From the NCBI GenBank assembly GCA_030549845.1, contig JAUQQN010000001.1, positions 234,838 to 298,837 of the forward strand: 64,000 nucleotides of DNA, in the 5' to 3' direction. The stretch comes from Patescibacteria group bacterium. Lineage in GTDB: Bacteria > Patescibacteriota > Minisyncoccia > UBA6257 > HR35. Of this stretch, positions 8,536 through 18,307 are shown piece after piece. A program made the position numbers and the translations under genes. Below the pieces are notes generated by a model, which did not search any database, was not told the DNA's origin, and was given only the letters and a program-made list of their open reading frames with translations. Numbering within the stretch: position 1 is the first letter of the stretch; each line of letters begins with the position of its first letter.

Positions 8536-9621
8536 TTACTTAGCAATTTGTACAACAAATTCTTTTAAGACTAAATAAAACTTATTTAAATCTTCTTTAT
8601 CTATCCATTCTTTATCTGAATGATGACCTCCACCTTTAGGTCTAATTAGAATAACAGGTATATTTTTTTCTTTAAAAAATCTAGCATCACTTGAACCATG
8701 CGAAAAGGCATAGCCTGTTTCGATTTTGAATTTCTCTTTCGCTATTTTTGAAAATAATTTTAAATAATAATTATTTCTTTCAACTTCATAAGGAGACCCT
8801 TCTACTAAATTTTCTATTTTTATTTTTCTAAATTTTTTTAACAAATTTTTAATTCTCTTAAGGATTTTATTTCTCTGCTTAAGATCAATATACCTTATAT
8901 CAATAAAAGCTTCTGCATAATTTGAAACTTGATTTGTTGCTTCTCCTCCTATAATTTTTCCTATGTTTAATGTATTATGCCAATGGATTTTGTTTTTGCA
9001 TGGTTCTTTAGGAAAAATTTTTGCAAGATTATTCAAAAATCTTAAAAGGTTTTCAATTGCTCCTTCTCCTTCCCAAGGTCTTGAACCATGTGCTGATTTG
9101 CCGTAGCTTTTAACTTTTAAATGCCAAACACCCTTGGCTTTGATTTCGAAATTCCAATTTTGACCTCCATCTGGCAGAAAACAGATTTTACAAGAATAAC
9201 CTTTATCTAAGATGGCTTTAGTTCCTTTAAACCCACCAATTTCTTCATCAGTTGTTATCATTATTCCTAAATCATATTTTTTTAAATCTTGATTTAGTTC
9301 TTTTAGAAGCTGTAAATAACAAGCAATAGCAAATTTCATATCATATACTCCTCTCCCCAAAATTTTCTTTTTTTCAATTTTTAATTTAAAAAGTTCTTCT
9401 GGTCCTGGTACTACATCAAGATGGGCAGATAATAATAATTTCGGCTTTTTTGTTTTGTGAGCAGTAATAAATAAAGATGGGTAATTATCAAAATTAAATT
9501 CTTTTATAAATACAGGTAATTTGTTAATTTCTTCTTTTATCCAATTAATTGCTTTCTTATTCTCTTCTTTGTTTTGGGGAATTGTTTTAAAAGAAATTAA
9601 TTTTTGTAAAATTTCTAACAT
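8536..9621 (-). CDS. M20-family metallopeptidase (ArgE/DapE-like)
   Basis: SAHLDVVPG ... GRGVYDMKFAIA ... ITTDEEIGG. Likely start at the internal MLEILQKL (9621); the ORF is open back to 9729. Confidence 0.75.
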   Translation of the reverse strand: MLEILQKLISFKTIPQNKEENKKAINWIKEEINKLPVFIKEFNFDNYPSLFITAHKTKKPKLLLSAHLDVVPGPEELFKLKIEKKKILGRGVYDMKFAIACYLQLLKELNQDLKKYDLGIMITTDEEIGGFKGTKAILDKGYSCKICFLPDGGQNWNFEIKAKGVWHLKVKSYGKSAHGSRPWEGEGAIENLLRFLNNLAKIFPKEPCKNKIHWHNTLNIGKIIGGEATNQVSNYAEAFIDIRYIDLKQRNKILKRIKNLLKKFRKIKIENLVEGSPYEVERNNYYLKLFSKIAKEKFKIETGYAFSHGSSDARFFKEKNIPVILIRPKGGGHHSDKEWIDKEDLNKFYLVLKEFVVQIAK

Positions 9622-9708
9622 GATTAAGTTATGTTTTTTCTCTATTATAGACCCTTCACGACAAAAGTTGGATTCTTTGTCTTTATAAAAAATTTTAACC
9701 AAAAATAA

Positions 9709-9734
9709 GGGGCGTGGAGTTCTTAACACGCCCC
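9709..9734 (-). terminator. Rho-independent terminator hairpin GGGGCGTG-(10 nt loop)-CACGCCCC, followed on the minus strand by TTATTTTT
   Basis: 8-bp GC stem seen directly. It lies just downstream of the GCS2-like gene and marks the lower boundary of the GC-rich island. Confidence 0.6.
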
Positions 9735-9748
9735 CGACTTTCTTGGAT

Positions 9749-10597
9749 TTAGTGGGTCTTCCTCTTCTCTACAAAAACACGCATCACCTCCTTTATTATT
9801 TCTTGTATCCCGTATAGAGAGGTGGAGTCAAATACCCGAATTTCGATTGTTCCTAGACTCCACCTCGGCCGGCACCACCACCATACACATCCTTCACTCA
9901 CTAAATCACCAGGCTGGGAGGGACTCTTTAGATCCACCTCCCAGCCGTTTTCTTTTTTTCTGATAAGGCGTGGGATAGAGCGGAAATGATTCACTACATC
10001 CTCCCATGTCTGAAACCGAGACCATTGTCCTGGCTGGGCTGGTGCCCTCCTAGGATCACACCAGCCCCACCAACATCTCGCTCTGTTCTTGCTGGCATAC
10101 TCCGTAAAGTTAATGTTGAAATGATTTAACAACGTCAGCCCTTCCCACGACTGTAATAAACCGGGGAAAGAAATATGGACGTGAACAGAAGAAACTAGGG
10201 CCATCCGCAGAACTCCCCACCACCTCCTACCCACCTCTTTCTCAAGGGCCCTCCAAAGAATCCTATAGCGATCCTTTGGGGCCCAGAATTTCCGAATTTC
10301 ATGCAGCTTCAAATTAATTAAGTTGGCATCAACTGGTACGAAGTGGATATCCACCTCGCCCAGCCTTTTTCTGGTCTCTTTTAAGACCAGAAAGTACTTC
10401 TCACTAAGTTCCTCCCAACTGGAGGAAGGATATATAGCCCACTCAATCTGGTGCCTGCCGGCATCAGTTTTGATGATGCCGGCTCCAGCAACCTCTAGAC
10501 CCTCGCCTACAGCTTCCCATACGTCCACGGGCTCGCCATTTTTATAGACGAACCCCTCCACTTCAATCCCTACAGTTAACTCTTTCGGCCACTTCAT
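9749..10597 (-). CDS. Glutamate-cysteine ligase family 2 (GCS2/YbdK-like) carboxylate-amine ligase, short form, in a GC-rich island
   Basis: Three collinear blocks match E. coli YbdK: LTVGIEVEGFVY (cf. FTLGIELEMQVV), SSVHVHISF (cf. GQHVHVG), GTIEIRVFDST (cf. GTVEVRVMD), with similar spacing. The region is about 50% GC against a roughly 28% genome. It has a strong SD, GGAGGTGA, 8 nt before the ATG. Confidence 0.6.
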   Translation of the reverse strand: MKWPKELTVGIEVEGFVYKNGEPVDVWEAVGEGLEVAGAGIIKTDAGRHQIEWAIYPSSSWEELSEKYFLVLKETRKRLGEVDIHFVPVDANLINLKLHEIRKFWAPKDRYRILWRALEKEVGRRWWGVLRMALVSSVHVHISFPGLLQSWEGLTLLNHFNINFTEYASKNRARCWWGWCDPRRAPAQPGQWSRFQTWEDVVNHFRSIPRLIRKKENGWEVDLKSPSQPGDLVSEGCVWWWCRPRWSLGTIEIRVFDSTSLYGIQEIIKEVMRVFVEKRKTH

Positions 10598-10826
10598 TTT
10601 AACTCACCTCCGTTTAGGGTTCTTTTTAAAATTAAAAGGGCCGGGTTGGCCCCGGCTGAAGTGATATAAAATTTTTATTTTTAAACTAAATCACCTCAGC
10701 CGGAGCACCTCGGCCCAAAATAACAAACAAAACAACTGAATTTCTTTTTGTAAGCATTGTTTGTAAATAATACTATAATCAACAAATTTATTTTTGTCAA
10801 GGGTTTATGAAATATTTTTAACAAAT

Positions 10827-11450
10827 TTAAATAAGTGTAAGTGATTTTAAATAATTTTCTTCTATTTTATCCCAATTTACAACATTCCACCAAGCTTGAA
10901 TATATTCATTTCTTCGATTTTGATATTTCAAATAATATGCATGTTCCCAGACATCTAAACCCATAATCGGCAAATCTCCATTCATTAAAGGATTATCTTG
11001 ATTTGAAAGTGAATAAACTTTTAATTTTTTATCTGGAGTTAAAACAAACCAGGCCCAACCTGAACCAAAATGTTTTAAGGCTGTTTCGGAAAATAAATTT
11101 TTAAAATTTTCAAATGAACCAAATGCTTCATTAATTGCTTTCAAAATTTCTCCTTGTGGCTGACTCCCTCCTGGTTTCATAATCTCCCAAAAAAGAGTGT
11201 GATTGGCGTGACCGCCGCCATTATTTCTTACGGTTGTTCTTATTTCTTCTGGCAACTGATTTAAATTCTTTAAAATTTCTTCTAATTCTAAATTATGAAA
11301 TTCTGGGTATTTTTCTAAGGCTGAATTTAGATTATTAACATAACCTTGATGATGCTTAGTGTGATGAATTTCCATTGTCATTTTATCAATATAAGGCTCC
11401 AAGGCATCATAGGGATATGTAAGTGGCGGTAACTCATACGGATATTTCAT
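10827..11450 (-). CDS. sodA: Fe/Mn superoxide dismutase
   Basis: [14 protein letters not shown] and [15 protein letters not shown] signature blocks. Confidence 0.9.
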   Translation of the reverse strand: MKYPYELPPLTYPYDALEPYIDKMTMEIHHTKHHQGYVNNLNSALEKYPEFHNLELEEILKNLNQLPEEIRTTVRNNGGGHANHTLFWEIMKPGGSQPQGEILKAINEAFGSFENFKNLFSETALKHFGSGWAWFVLTPDKKLKVYSLSNQDNPLMNGDLPIMGLDVWEHAYYLKYQNRRNEYIQAWWNVVNWDKIEENYLKSLTLI

Positions 11451-11471
11451 TTTTAAAAAAATAAATTAATT

Positions 11472-11980
11472 TTAATCGAATTTTTCAGAGTAGTATTTTA
11501 ACTCATCAAACATACTTAACAAAAATTCTCTATAAGTTTCCTTTTCTTTCTCAAAATTCTGAACATTAGAAAAATAAACAGCATTTCTTAAGGGAATCAT
11601 CGAAAGTTCAATACATACTAATCTTAATTGTTCAACCATTCTTGCGCCACCTAATTGACCAATAGAAACTCCACAAATACCAACTGGTTTATGAGCATAT
11701 TCTTCATAAAAATTATCAAGCAAAAGTTTTAATTCCCCTGGAAAAGAATGATTATATTCTGGAGAAACTATAATGAAACCATTTGCTCTTTTAAAAATAT
11801 CTGAAAGTTTTTTTCTTTTTACTTCATCCATTTCACCAGTAAAAGGAGAATCTAACCAATCTCGGGGTTTAATTAACTCAACTTCAAAACCATAATTTTT
11901 GCTTCTTCAAAAACAAATTCAGCAATTTTTTCTGAATTAGCTCCTCTTCTTCCTGTGCCAAGTATGATTGGAATGTACAT
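11472..11980 (-). pseudogene. NAD(P)H-dependent FMN reductase (flavodoxin-like), interrupted by a -1 frameshift in an A5 run
   Basis: N-terminal MYIPIILGTGRRGANSEKIAEFVFEEAK from the ATG at 11980 hits a stop. In the -1 frame it continues NYGFEVELIKPRDWLDSPFTGEMDEV into the ORF-track 11472..11831 protein. The break is at the homopolymer at 11896-11900; one extra A restores ...EEAKNYGFEV... Confidence 0.6.
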
Positions 11981-12219
11981 AAAAATATTATAAATGAAAT
12001 TTTTTTGAGTTGAGGAACTAAAAATTAATTCTTACCATAAAATTCTATTTCTAAAAATACATTCTAGATTCTAAGGTCAATGATTCCCAAGTAGAGGAAA
12101 TTGTAAAAGTAAAATTTTAGACTTAAGTTTTATTTTTCTTGAATTCTTAAGAAAATAAGAAAAGTAAATAAGAATTAGGGATTTTATTTGTCTTTCAATT
12201 TTAGGCCTAGAATAAAAAT

Positions 12220-12305
12220 TGGCGGAGGGGGTGGGATTCGAACCCACACGGGCTTTAAACCCAATGGCTTTCGAGGCCATCCCATTTCCATTCTGGCACC
12301 CCTCC
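12220..12305 (-). tRNA. tRNA-Ser (anticodon CGA), type II with long variable arm, CCA encoded
   Basis: Hand-folded. Acceptor GGAGGGG/CCCCTCC, anticodon arm ATGGC-CTCGAAA-GCCAT, variable arm about 16 nt, T arm GTGGG-TTCGAAT-CCCAC, discriminator G. Confidence 0.8.
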
Positions 12306-12321
12306 TTATTTAATAATTTTA

Positions 12322-12627
12322 TCACTTAGAAAGGAATTTGTAAATCTCATAAAATAAACTAGCTAAAAAACTTTTTATTTTTATCCAAATTTCAATTATA
12401 TTTATCCCAAAAATGTTTTCGATTGTTTGTGGTATTTGAGAAAGGTCTATACCTAACGTATCTTTTAAAAATAAATTAAATTTTATCCAACCAAGTTTTA
12501 ATGTATTTAAAAAAATATCTATATTAAAGTAAGGTTTTAACCAATTCCAAAAATTTTGTGGTAGAGCTGCAAATATCAATAAAACTATGATGACTAAAGC
12601 AATTAATCTAACTAATCTGAATATCAT
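12322..12627 (-). CDS. Hypothetical small membrane protein
   Basis: 101-aa ORF with a hydrophobic N-terminus, immediately downstream of gltX. No homology evidence. Confidence 0.35.
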   Translation of the reverse strand: MIFRLVRLIALVIIVLLIFAALPQNFWNWLKPYFNIDIFLNTLKLGWIKFNLFLKDTLGIDLSQIPQTIENIFGINIIEIWIKIKSFLASLFYEIYKFLSK

Positions 12628-14044
12628 TTAATTTATCTATTGCTTTATTTATTAATTCTAGGCTTTTTTCTTTCCCATAAATTAACATAATATCTATCGG
12701 AGGAGGAGATGCTTCTAAGCCTGTTAAGGCTACTCTTAATGGCCAATATGTTAAACCCTTGTCTTCGCTTAAGGTATCTAAAACCTGCTTGATAAATTCA
12801 TAATTAAATTTATCCTCAGGAATATTCTTTATATTTTCTCTAACATTTATTAAAGAACTTTTTATTTGATCAAAAGTATAATCTTTCCATATTAATAGCT
12901 CTTTTGGATAATCAAATTTTTCATATAAAAACTTCATGGTTTCGAAAATTTCTTTTATAGTATTTGCTCTTTCTTTCCCAAGTTCTATTATTTTATAAGT
13001 AATTTCTTTTGGGTATTTATTTAAGTAATCTCTTAAATATTTTAGATACTCATCAGCTAAAATGATTTTTTCAATTTCTTGTGAGGTTTTTTTCCTCAAA
13101 TAAAATTTATTTAACCAAATTAATTTTTTTGAATTAAATACTGCCGATCTTTTTTCAACGTCTTCCAAGTTAAATTCTTTGATAACCTCTTCTATACTTA
13201 TAATTTCTTTCTCTCTTTTAGGATGCCAACCTAATAATACCAAAAAATTTAAGATTGCTTCTGGTAAAAAACCTTCAGCTCTATATTCTTTTATACTCTT
13301 AGCCCCGTGTCTTTTCGAAAGCTTACCTCCTGCTTCACCTAAAATCAGTGGAATATGAGCATAAATAGGTGGTTTCCAATTCATGGCTTTATAAATTAAT
13401 ATTTGTTTAGGGGTATTTGGTATATGTTCAGCGCCTCTTATTACATGGGTGATTCCTTGATAATAATCATCTACAGGGGTAGCTAAATGAAATAATGGTT
13501 CATTTTCTGATTTTGCAATTACAAAATCGCCTATTAATCTTAAATCATATTTAATTTCACCTCGCAATAAATCTTTAAATGTTAAAACTTGTTCTGGCAC
13601 CTTTAGTCTTATTACATAAGGCACATTTCTTGAAAGTTTCTCATTTATTTCTTCTTTTGTTAGCTTGGAGCATGTTCCATCGTATCTTGGTGGTTCGCCT
13701 TTTGTGATTTGCTCAAGTCTTTTGTTCTCTAGTTCTTCTTTTGAACAAAAACACCTATACGCCTTTCCTTTATTTAATAATTCTTCAATAACTCTTTTAT
13801 AAATTTCTATTCTCTCTGACTGAAATATAGGACCTTCGTCATAATTTATACCTAACCATTGTAGGCTTTCGATTATATCATCAACAAATTCTTTTTTTGA
13901 CCTCTCTCTGTCTGTATCTTCTATTCTTAAAATGAAAACTCCTTTTTGGTTTTTAGCAAAAAGAAAATTAAACAGAGCAGTTCTTGCAGATCCCAAATGT
14001 AGATATCCTGTAGGAGAAGGAGCAAATCTTGTTCTTACAACCAT
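12608..14044 (-). CDS. gltX: Glutamyl-tRNA synthetase
   Basis: RFAPSPTGYLHLGSARTALFN (HIGH region) and KLSKRHG (KMSKS) class I motifs. Confidence 0.9.
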   Translation of the reverse strand: MVVRTRFAPSPTGYLHLGSARTALFNFLFAKNQKGVFILRIEDTDRERSKKEFVDDIIESLQWLGINYDEGPIFQSERIEIYKRVIEELLNKGKAYRCFCSKEELENKRLEQITKGEPPRYDGTCSKLTKEEINEKLSRNVPYVIRLKVPEQVLTFKDLLRGEIKYDLRLIGDFVIAKSENEPLFHLATPVDDYYQGITHVIRGAEHIPNTPKQILIYKAMNWKPPIYAHIPLILGEAGGKLSKRHGAKSIKEYRAEGFLPEAILNFLVLLGWHPKREKEIISIEEVIKEFNLEDVEKRSAVFNSKKLIWLNKFYLRKKTSQEIEKIILADEYLKYLRDYLNKYPKEITYKIIELGKERANTIKEIFETMKFLYEKFDYPKELLIWKDYTFDQIKSSLINVRENIKNIPEDKFNYEFIKQVLDTLSEDKGLTYWPLRVALTGLEASPPPIDIMLIYGKEKSLELINKAIDKLNDIQIS

Positions 14045-14052
14045 TAATTAAA

Positions 14053-15303
14053 TTATAAATAAACTTCTTTATAACTTGGTAAGCTTATCAAAACTTTAGT
14101 TCCTTTGCCTTCTTCTGAAGTAATAGAAATTGTACCTTTATGGATATTTATTAGGTTTTTAGCTAAATATAAACCTATACCTGTACCAGTAGGTTTTATT
14201 TCTTTTGCAGACAAAGAGCGATAAAATTTTTCAAACATTTTAAGTAAATCTTTTTCTGAAATCCCAATTCCTGTATCCTCTATTGAAATTTTAACCTCGG
14301 ATTTCTCTTTATCTTTTTCTACTTTTATGTTAATCTCCCCTCCGATTTTATTGTAATCAACTGCATTTTCTATTATAGGGTATAGAGCAAAGAATAAGAT
14401 TTTTTTATCAAAGGGAAATCTTTTTACTTCTTCTTCTATCTCAATATTAACTTTTAATTTTTTTTCATTTATTTCAAAATTTAAAAGCGATAAACAGGAA
14501 AGTATTAATTCTTCAATATCATTTTCTTCTATTGATAATTCTATTTTCTTTTCTTCAACTCTACTTGTTAGTAAAATAGATTCAACTAAAGCTATGGATT
14601 TTGAAATAAGATTTAAAAAATTCTTTATTGACTCTTTTTCTTCTTCTGGTATATTTTCAGACTTTGCTAATGACTCTAAAAACCACCTAATTTGATTCAA
14701 TGGTGTTCTTAAATGATGGCTAATTAAACTAACAAATTCATTTTTATTTTTTATTTCTTTAAATAAGATAGACTTATCGATAATTATTTTTGAATTATAT
14801 TCTTCTTTATCAAAGCGCAATTTTGTTGTAATTAGGTCAAATACTATCTCATCTTTGTAATTTACTTCTACAATGTCTTTATTGTCTTCCCTAGCTTGAA
14901 TTTTAGTTGCGATTAATGATGGAAAAAATACCAAAGAAAGTTTGGTGTAAATAGGATTTTTGGTAACCCAGGTATCTAATTGAAGACTTAAAAGGGCGTC
15001 TTTTTTTAGTCCTGTAAATTCTTCAAAAGCTTTATTTACATAAATTATTTTCATCTCGTTATCATATAAGCATATAGGGGTGTTTATAGCTTCGAGAATA
15101 TTTACAAATTTTTCAAAAGACTTTTCTCTTTTTATAAATAGAAATCTAGAAAAATACAAAATACCGATTATTCCCAAAAATATTAAAACAATATTAGCAA
15201 AAATAACTATTTTTACGTGATTAAACTCCTGCAAAAATAATCCTATTAAATTGAAAACAAGATAAATACCAAAAATAGCAATTAAAAATTGTCTTAAACT
15301 CAT
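14053..15303 (-). CDS. Sensor histidine kinase (membrane, PAS-like + HisKA + HATPase)
   Basis: N-terminal TM helices, H-box SHHLRTPLNQI, and C-terminal G-boxes DTGIGI/GTGIGL. No response regulator is adjacent. Confidence 0.8.
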   Translation of the reverse strand: MSLRQFLIAIFGIYLVFNLIGLFLQEFNHVKIVIFANIVLIFLGIIGILYFSRFLFIKREKSFEKFVNILEAINTPICLYDNEMKIIYVNKAFEEFTGLKKDALLSLQLDTWVTKNPIYTKLSLVFFPSLIATKIQAREDNKDIVEVNYKDEIVFDLITTKLRFDKEEYNSKIIIDKSILFKEIKNKNEFVSLISHHLRTPLNQIRWFLESLAKSENIPEEEKESIKNFLNLISKSIALVESILLTSRVEEKKIELSIEENDIEELILSCLSLLNFEINEKKLKVNIEIEEEVKRFPFDKKILFFALYPIIENAVDYNKIGGEINIKVEKDKEKSEVKISIEDTGIGISEKDLLKMFEKFYRSLSAKEIKPTGTGIGLYLAKNLINIHKGTISITSEEGKGTKVLISLPSYKEVYL

Positions 15304-17810
15304 TGCTTTAAATCAGCTAAGTTTTTGCCTAATGAATACTTTACTTTTAAAGGTACAGCTAATTGGACAGGTTTTTCCATTAATTCAATTAATTTATCTA
15401 ACACTTTTTCAATTATATCATCTTTTATTTCAAAAATTATTTCATCATGAATTTGCAAAACCATTTTTATTTCTTCTTTCAGATTATTTTTTTCAATATA
15501 ATCAAAAATATTTGCCATTGCTAATTTTATAATCTCAGAAGCTGTACCTTGAATAGGAGTGTTTATTGCTATTCTAAATGCTTTGTTTTGTTCTGAGTAA
15601 GATCTTGAATATATCTCGGGAATAAATCTTTTTCTTCCTAAGATAGTTTCTGTATAACCATATGCTTTTGCTTTTTCTATAAAATCGTCGACCATCTTTT
15701 TTACTCCTGGAAAATTTTTAAAATATTTTTCAATCAAATTCTTGCATTCACTTAGGGGTAATTGTATCCTTTCTTGAAGACCTTTTGGTGTAATGCCATA
15801 TAATATTCCAAAATTTATGATTTTAGCTAACCTTCTAGTTTTTTCATTTTCTTCTTTAAAAAGAAGCTTAGCAGTAATGCTATGGACATCTAAATTTTGA
15901 TTAAAAATAGCAACGAGATTTTCGTCATTAGAAAAATGCGCAGCTATTCTTAATTCTATTTGAGAGTAATCTAGGGCAAGAAATGAAAAACCAGGTGAGG
16001 ATACAAAACAATATCTTAGTTTTTTAGCAAGCTCTCCTTCTATAGGTATGTTTTGCAAATTTGGCTCTTCAGAAGAAATTCTTCCTGTAGCAGATCCAGT
16101 TATTTCAAAATTTGTGTTTATTTTATTATTTTTATCTATGTATTTTTCTAGTCCAGAAATAAATGTTGTCAAGATTTTGTTATATTCTCTATAAGTCAGA
16201 ATTTTTTCAATAATAGGATGAGTTCCTATAAGTTTTAAAAGCTCGCTTTCTTGTGTAGATATTTCTCCTTTTGGTGTTTTCTTTAAACCCTTTGGACTTA
16301 TTTTTAATTTATCAAAAAGAATATACCTTAATTCAATAGGTGAATTTATATTAAATGGAGTTTTTGCTAATTCAAAAATTTCTTTTTTTATTTTATCTAA
16401 TTCATTTTTTAAATATAATTTAAACTCATTAAGTCTTGCTAGGTCTACTGAGATTCCATTTAGTTCCATAATAGCTAAAATTATGCTTATTTTTTGATCC
16501 AACAATAAAACTTTAATTAAATTTAATTCATCAATTTTTTTCAAAAGGTCTTCATAAATATTTTCATAATTTTCTAAAACAAAATTTTTTATATCTTTTT
16601 CATCAAAAAGAGTTTTAGGAGAATAAAAATTTGCTAGTTTTTCTAAGGTAATCTTATTCAAGTTTGAAGTTAACCATAGGGCTATTTTGATATCAAAAAA
16701 TTTCTCATAAGGTAAAACTTCTTTCAAAATTAAATAGCTCTTTTTAAAAAATTGTTTCAAATCAAATATTACTAATTTTTCTGCTTCTAATATTTTTCTT
16801 AAGTTTTCTTCATTATAATCCAGTTCATAAAATTTATCGGAAATTTTAGTATAAAAATTTTTCTCAAAAGGAAGTAGAAATATAATGTTATTTATTTCAG
16901 AAATTTTTGTCTGGTAATTTATTGGTCTTTGGGGAAAAAGTGTTAGAGGAGGTTGTTTATTTGTTTTTTTAATTAACCTTTCAATTATTGATTTAAAACC
17001 GAGCTCTTGCAAAAAAGGTAGTAACTTTTCTATGTCAGGAAATCTGTACTCTTTTAAGTTTACATTTATGTCTAGATTTCTTATAATCTTTGCTAATTCT
17101 TTGTTGAGGAGTAATTTTTCTTTGTTCTCTAAAATTAGTTTTCTAAAAGCAGGATCTACAGCTCCTTTTTCAGCTTTTTCAATGATTTCTTCTATTGAAC
17201 CATATTTTTGGATTAAATGTGCCGCTGTTTTTTCTCCTATTCCTTTTATACCGATTATATTGTCAGAAGGATCACCAACTAAAGCTTTAAGATCGGGTAA
17301 AAGTTCAGGTTTTATACCAAACCTTTCTATTACCTTTTTTTCATCATAAATATCAACTTCTCTAATTCCTTTTTTAAGGAAATAAATTATTGTATTTTTA
17401 TCAACTAATTGAAGAGTGTCTAAATCTCCTGAAACAATTATGTTTTGGTTTTCATTATCAACTAAACTTCCTATAACATCATCTGCTTCATAGTTTGTTT
17501 TTTCAACAATAGGAATATCGAAGCAATTTAAAAGTTTTTTAATTAAGGGAATTTGTATTTTTAAATCATCTGGTGTTTTTGGTCTTGTAGCTTTATATTC
17601 TTTTGCTTTCAAATGCCTAAATGTAGGGACAGGGCTATCAAAGCAAGCTATTATATAATTAGGTTTTTCTTCATCAATAAGCCTTAAAATAATATTTGCC
17701 ATACCATAAACTGCATTTACGGGAATATTTTTAGGAGATTTCAAATAAGGCAAAGCGTGGTAAACTCTATGAATCAGAGAATTTGTATCTAAAAGAATTT
17801 TCTTTTTCAT
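15300..17810 (-). CDS. polA: DNA polymerase I (5'-3' exonuclease + polymerase; Taq-like length, 836 aa)
   Basis: 5' nuclease N-terminus (DTNSLIHRVYHAL..., GDPSDNIIGIKGIGEKTA) and family A palm motifs (QIELRIAAHFS..., INFGILYG, VLQIHDEIIFE). Confidence 0.9.
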   Translation of the reverse strand: MKKKILLDTNSLIHRVYHALPYLKSPKNIPVNAVYGMANIILRLIDEEKPNYIIACFDSPVPTFRHLKAKEYKATRPKTPDDLKIQIPLIKKLLNCFDIPIVEKTNYEADDVIGSLVDNENQNIIVSGDLDTLQLVDKNTIIYFLKKGIREVDIYDEKKVIERFGIKPELLPDLKALVGDPSDNIIGIKGIGEKTAAHLIQKYGSIEEIIEKAEKGAVDPAFRKLILENKEKLLLNKELAKIIRNLDINVNLKEYRFPDIEKLLPFLQELGFKSIIERLIKKTNKQPPLTLFPQRPINYQTKISEINNIIFLLPFEKNFYTKISDKFYELDYNEENLRKILEAEKLVIFDLKQFFKKSYLILKEVLPYEKFFDIKIALWLTSNLNKITLEKLANFYSPKTLFDEKDIKNFVLENYENIYEDLLKKIDELNLIKVLLLDQKISIILAIMELNGISVDLARLNEFKLYLKNELDKIKKEIFELAKTPFNINSPIELRYILFDKLKISPKGLKKTPKGEISTQESELLKLIGTHPIIEKILTYREYNKILTTFISGLEKYIDKNNKINTNFEITGSATGRISSEEPNLQNIPIEGELAKKLRYCFVSSPGFSFLALDYSQIELRIAAHFSNDENLVAIFNQNLDVHSITAKLLFKEENEKTRRLAKIINFGILYGITPKGLQERIQLPLSECKNLIEKYFKNFPGVKKMVDDFIEKAKAYGYTETILGRKRFIPEIYSRSYSEQNKAFRIAINTPIQGTASEIIKLAMANIFDYIEKNNLKEEIKMVLQIHDEIIFEIKDDIIEKVLDKLIELMEKPVQLAVPLKVKYSLGKNLADLKQ

Positions 17811-18253
17811 TTTTCTTCAATGTTTACTTCCCTAAATTTTCCTATCTTTTTGATTGAAATTTTTATGTATTTAATTTTGTTTTTTAAAAGATAGCTCTCT
17901 AATTTTTCTCCCCACTCTATTAAAAAAATATTAAATTTTCTTTTTAACTGTTTTTTTAAGTTTAACCTTAAAATATCTTTTGCTGAAATTCTGTAAAGAT
18001 CAATATGGTTTAAAAAATAATTTGCTTTATTTAATTTAAGTGGATAAATTTGCCATAAAATGAATGATGGGCTTTTTAGGCTTTCTTTTATTCCTAAATT
18101 TTTAGCAATTTCTTTTATAAAAGTAGTCTTACCAGCCCCTAAGTGTCCACAGAATATTACAATTAATCTTTTTTTCTTTTTTAAGTCTTTTTTTATTTTA
18201 TTTGCAAGAGTTTTTAAAAATTTTTTAGACTCCTTTAATGATTTAAAGATCAT
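17807..18253 (-). CDS. tsaE: tRNA threonylcarbamoyladenosine biosynthesis ATPase TsaE
   Basis: P-loop GHLGAGKTTFIKEIAKNLGI. Small ATPase of YjeE size. The ATG is at 18253; the track used an upstream TTG. Confidence 0.75.
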   Translation of the reverse strand: MIFKSLKESKKFLKTLANKIKKDLKKKKRLIVIFCGHLGAGKTTFIKEIAKNLGIKESLKSPSFILWQIYPLKLNKANYFLNHIDLYRISAKDILRLNLKKQLKRKFNIFLIEWGEKLESYLLKNKIKYIKISIKKIGKFREVNIEEK

Positions 18254-18275
18254 CAAAAAATTTTACCAAATTTAA

Positions 18276-18307
18276 GATGCCCTCCTTAAGGAGGGCATCT
18301 TTTTATT
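18276..18307 (-). terminator. Perfect 24-nt palindrome GATGCCCTCCTTAAGGAGGGCATC (10-bp stem, TTAA loop) followed by TTTTTATT on the plus strand; likely bidirectional terminator
   Basis: Seen directly. It sits between the tsaE start and the stop of the acidic ORF/yebC unit. Confidence 0.65.

Noticed and set aside
10323-10547. 74-aa plus-strand ORF inside the GC island
   Set aside because: It is antisense to the GCS2-like gene. Open frames are expected by chance at about 50% GC.
9740-10620. Possibility that the GC-rich island is a structured RNA (RNase P RNA, tmRNA, group II intron) rather than a protein gene
   Set aside because: No RNase P P4 (GGAAAGUCCGG) or tmRNA tag/T-arm signatures were found on either strand. 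An 846-nt open frame at about 50% GC is very unlikely by chance, and it carries three collinear GCS2 motifs.
12077-12325. 82-aa minus-strand ORF
   Set aside because: It spans the tRNA-Ser gene (12220-12305). The 'protein' is read-through of the tRNA.
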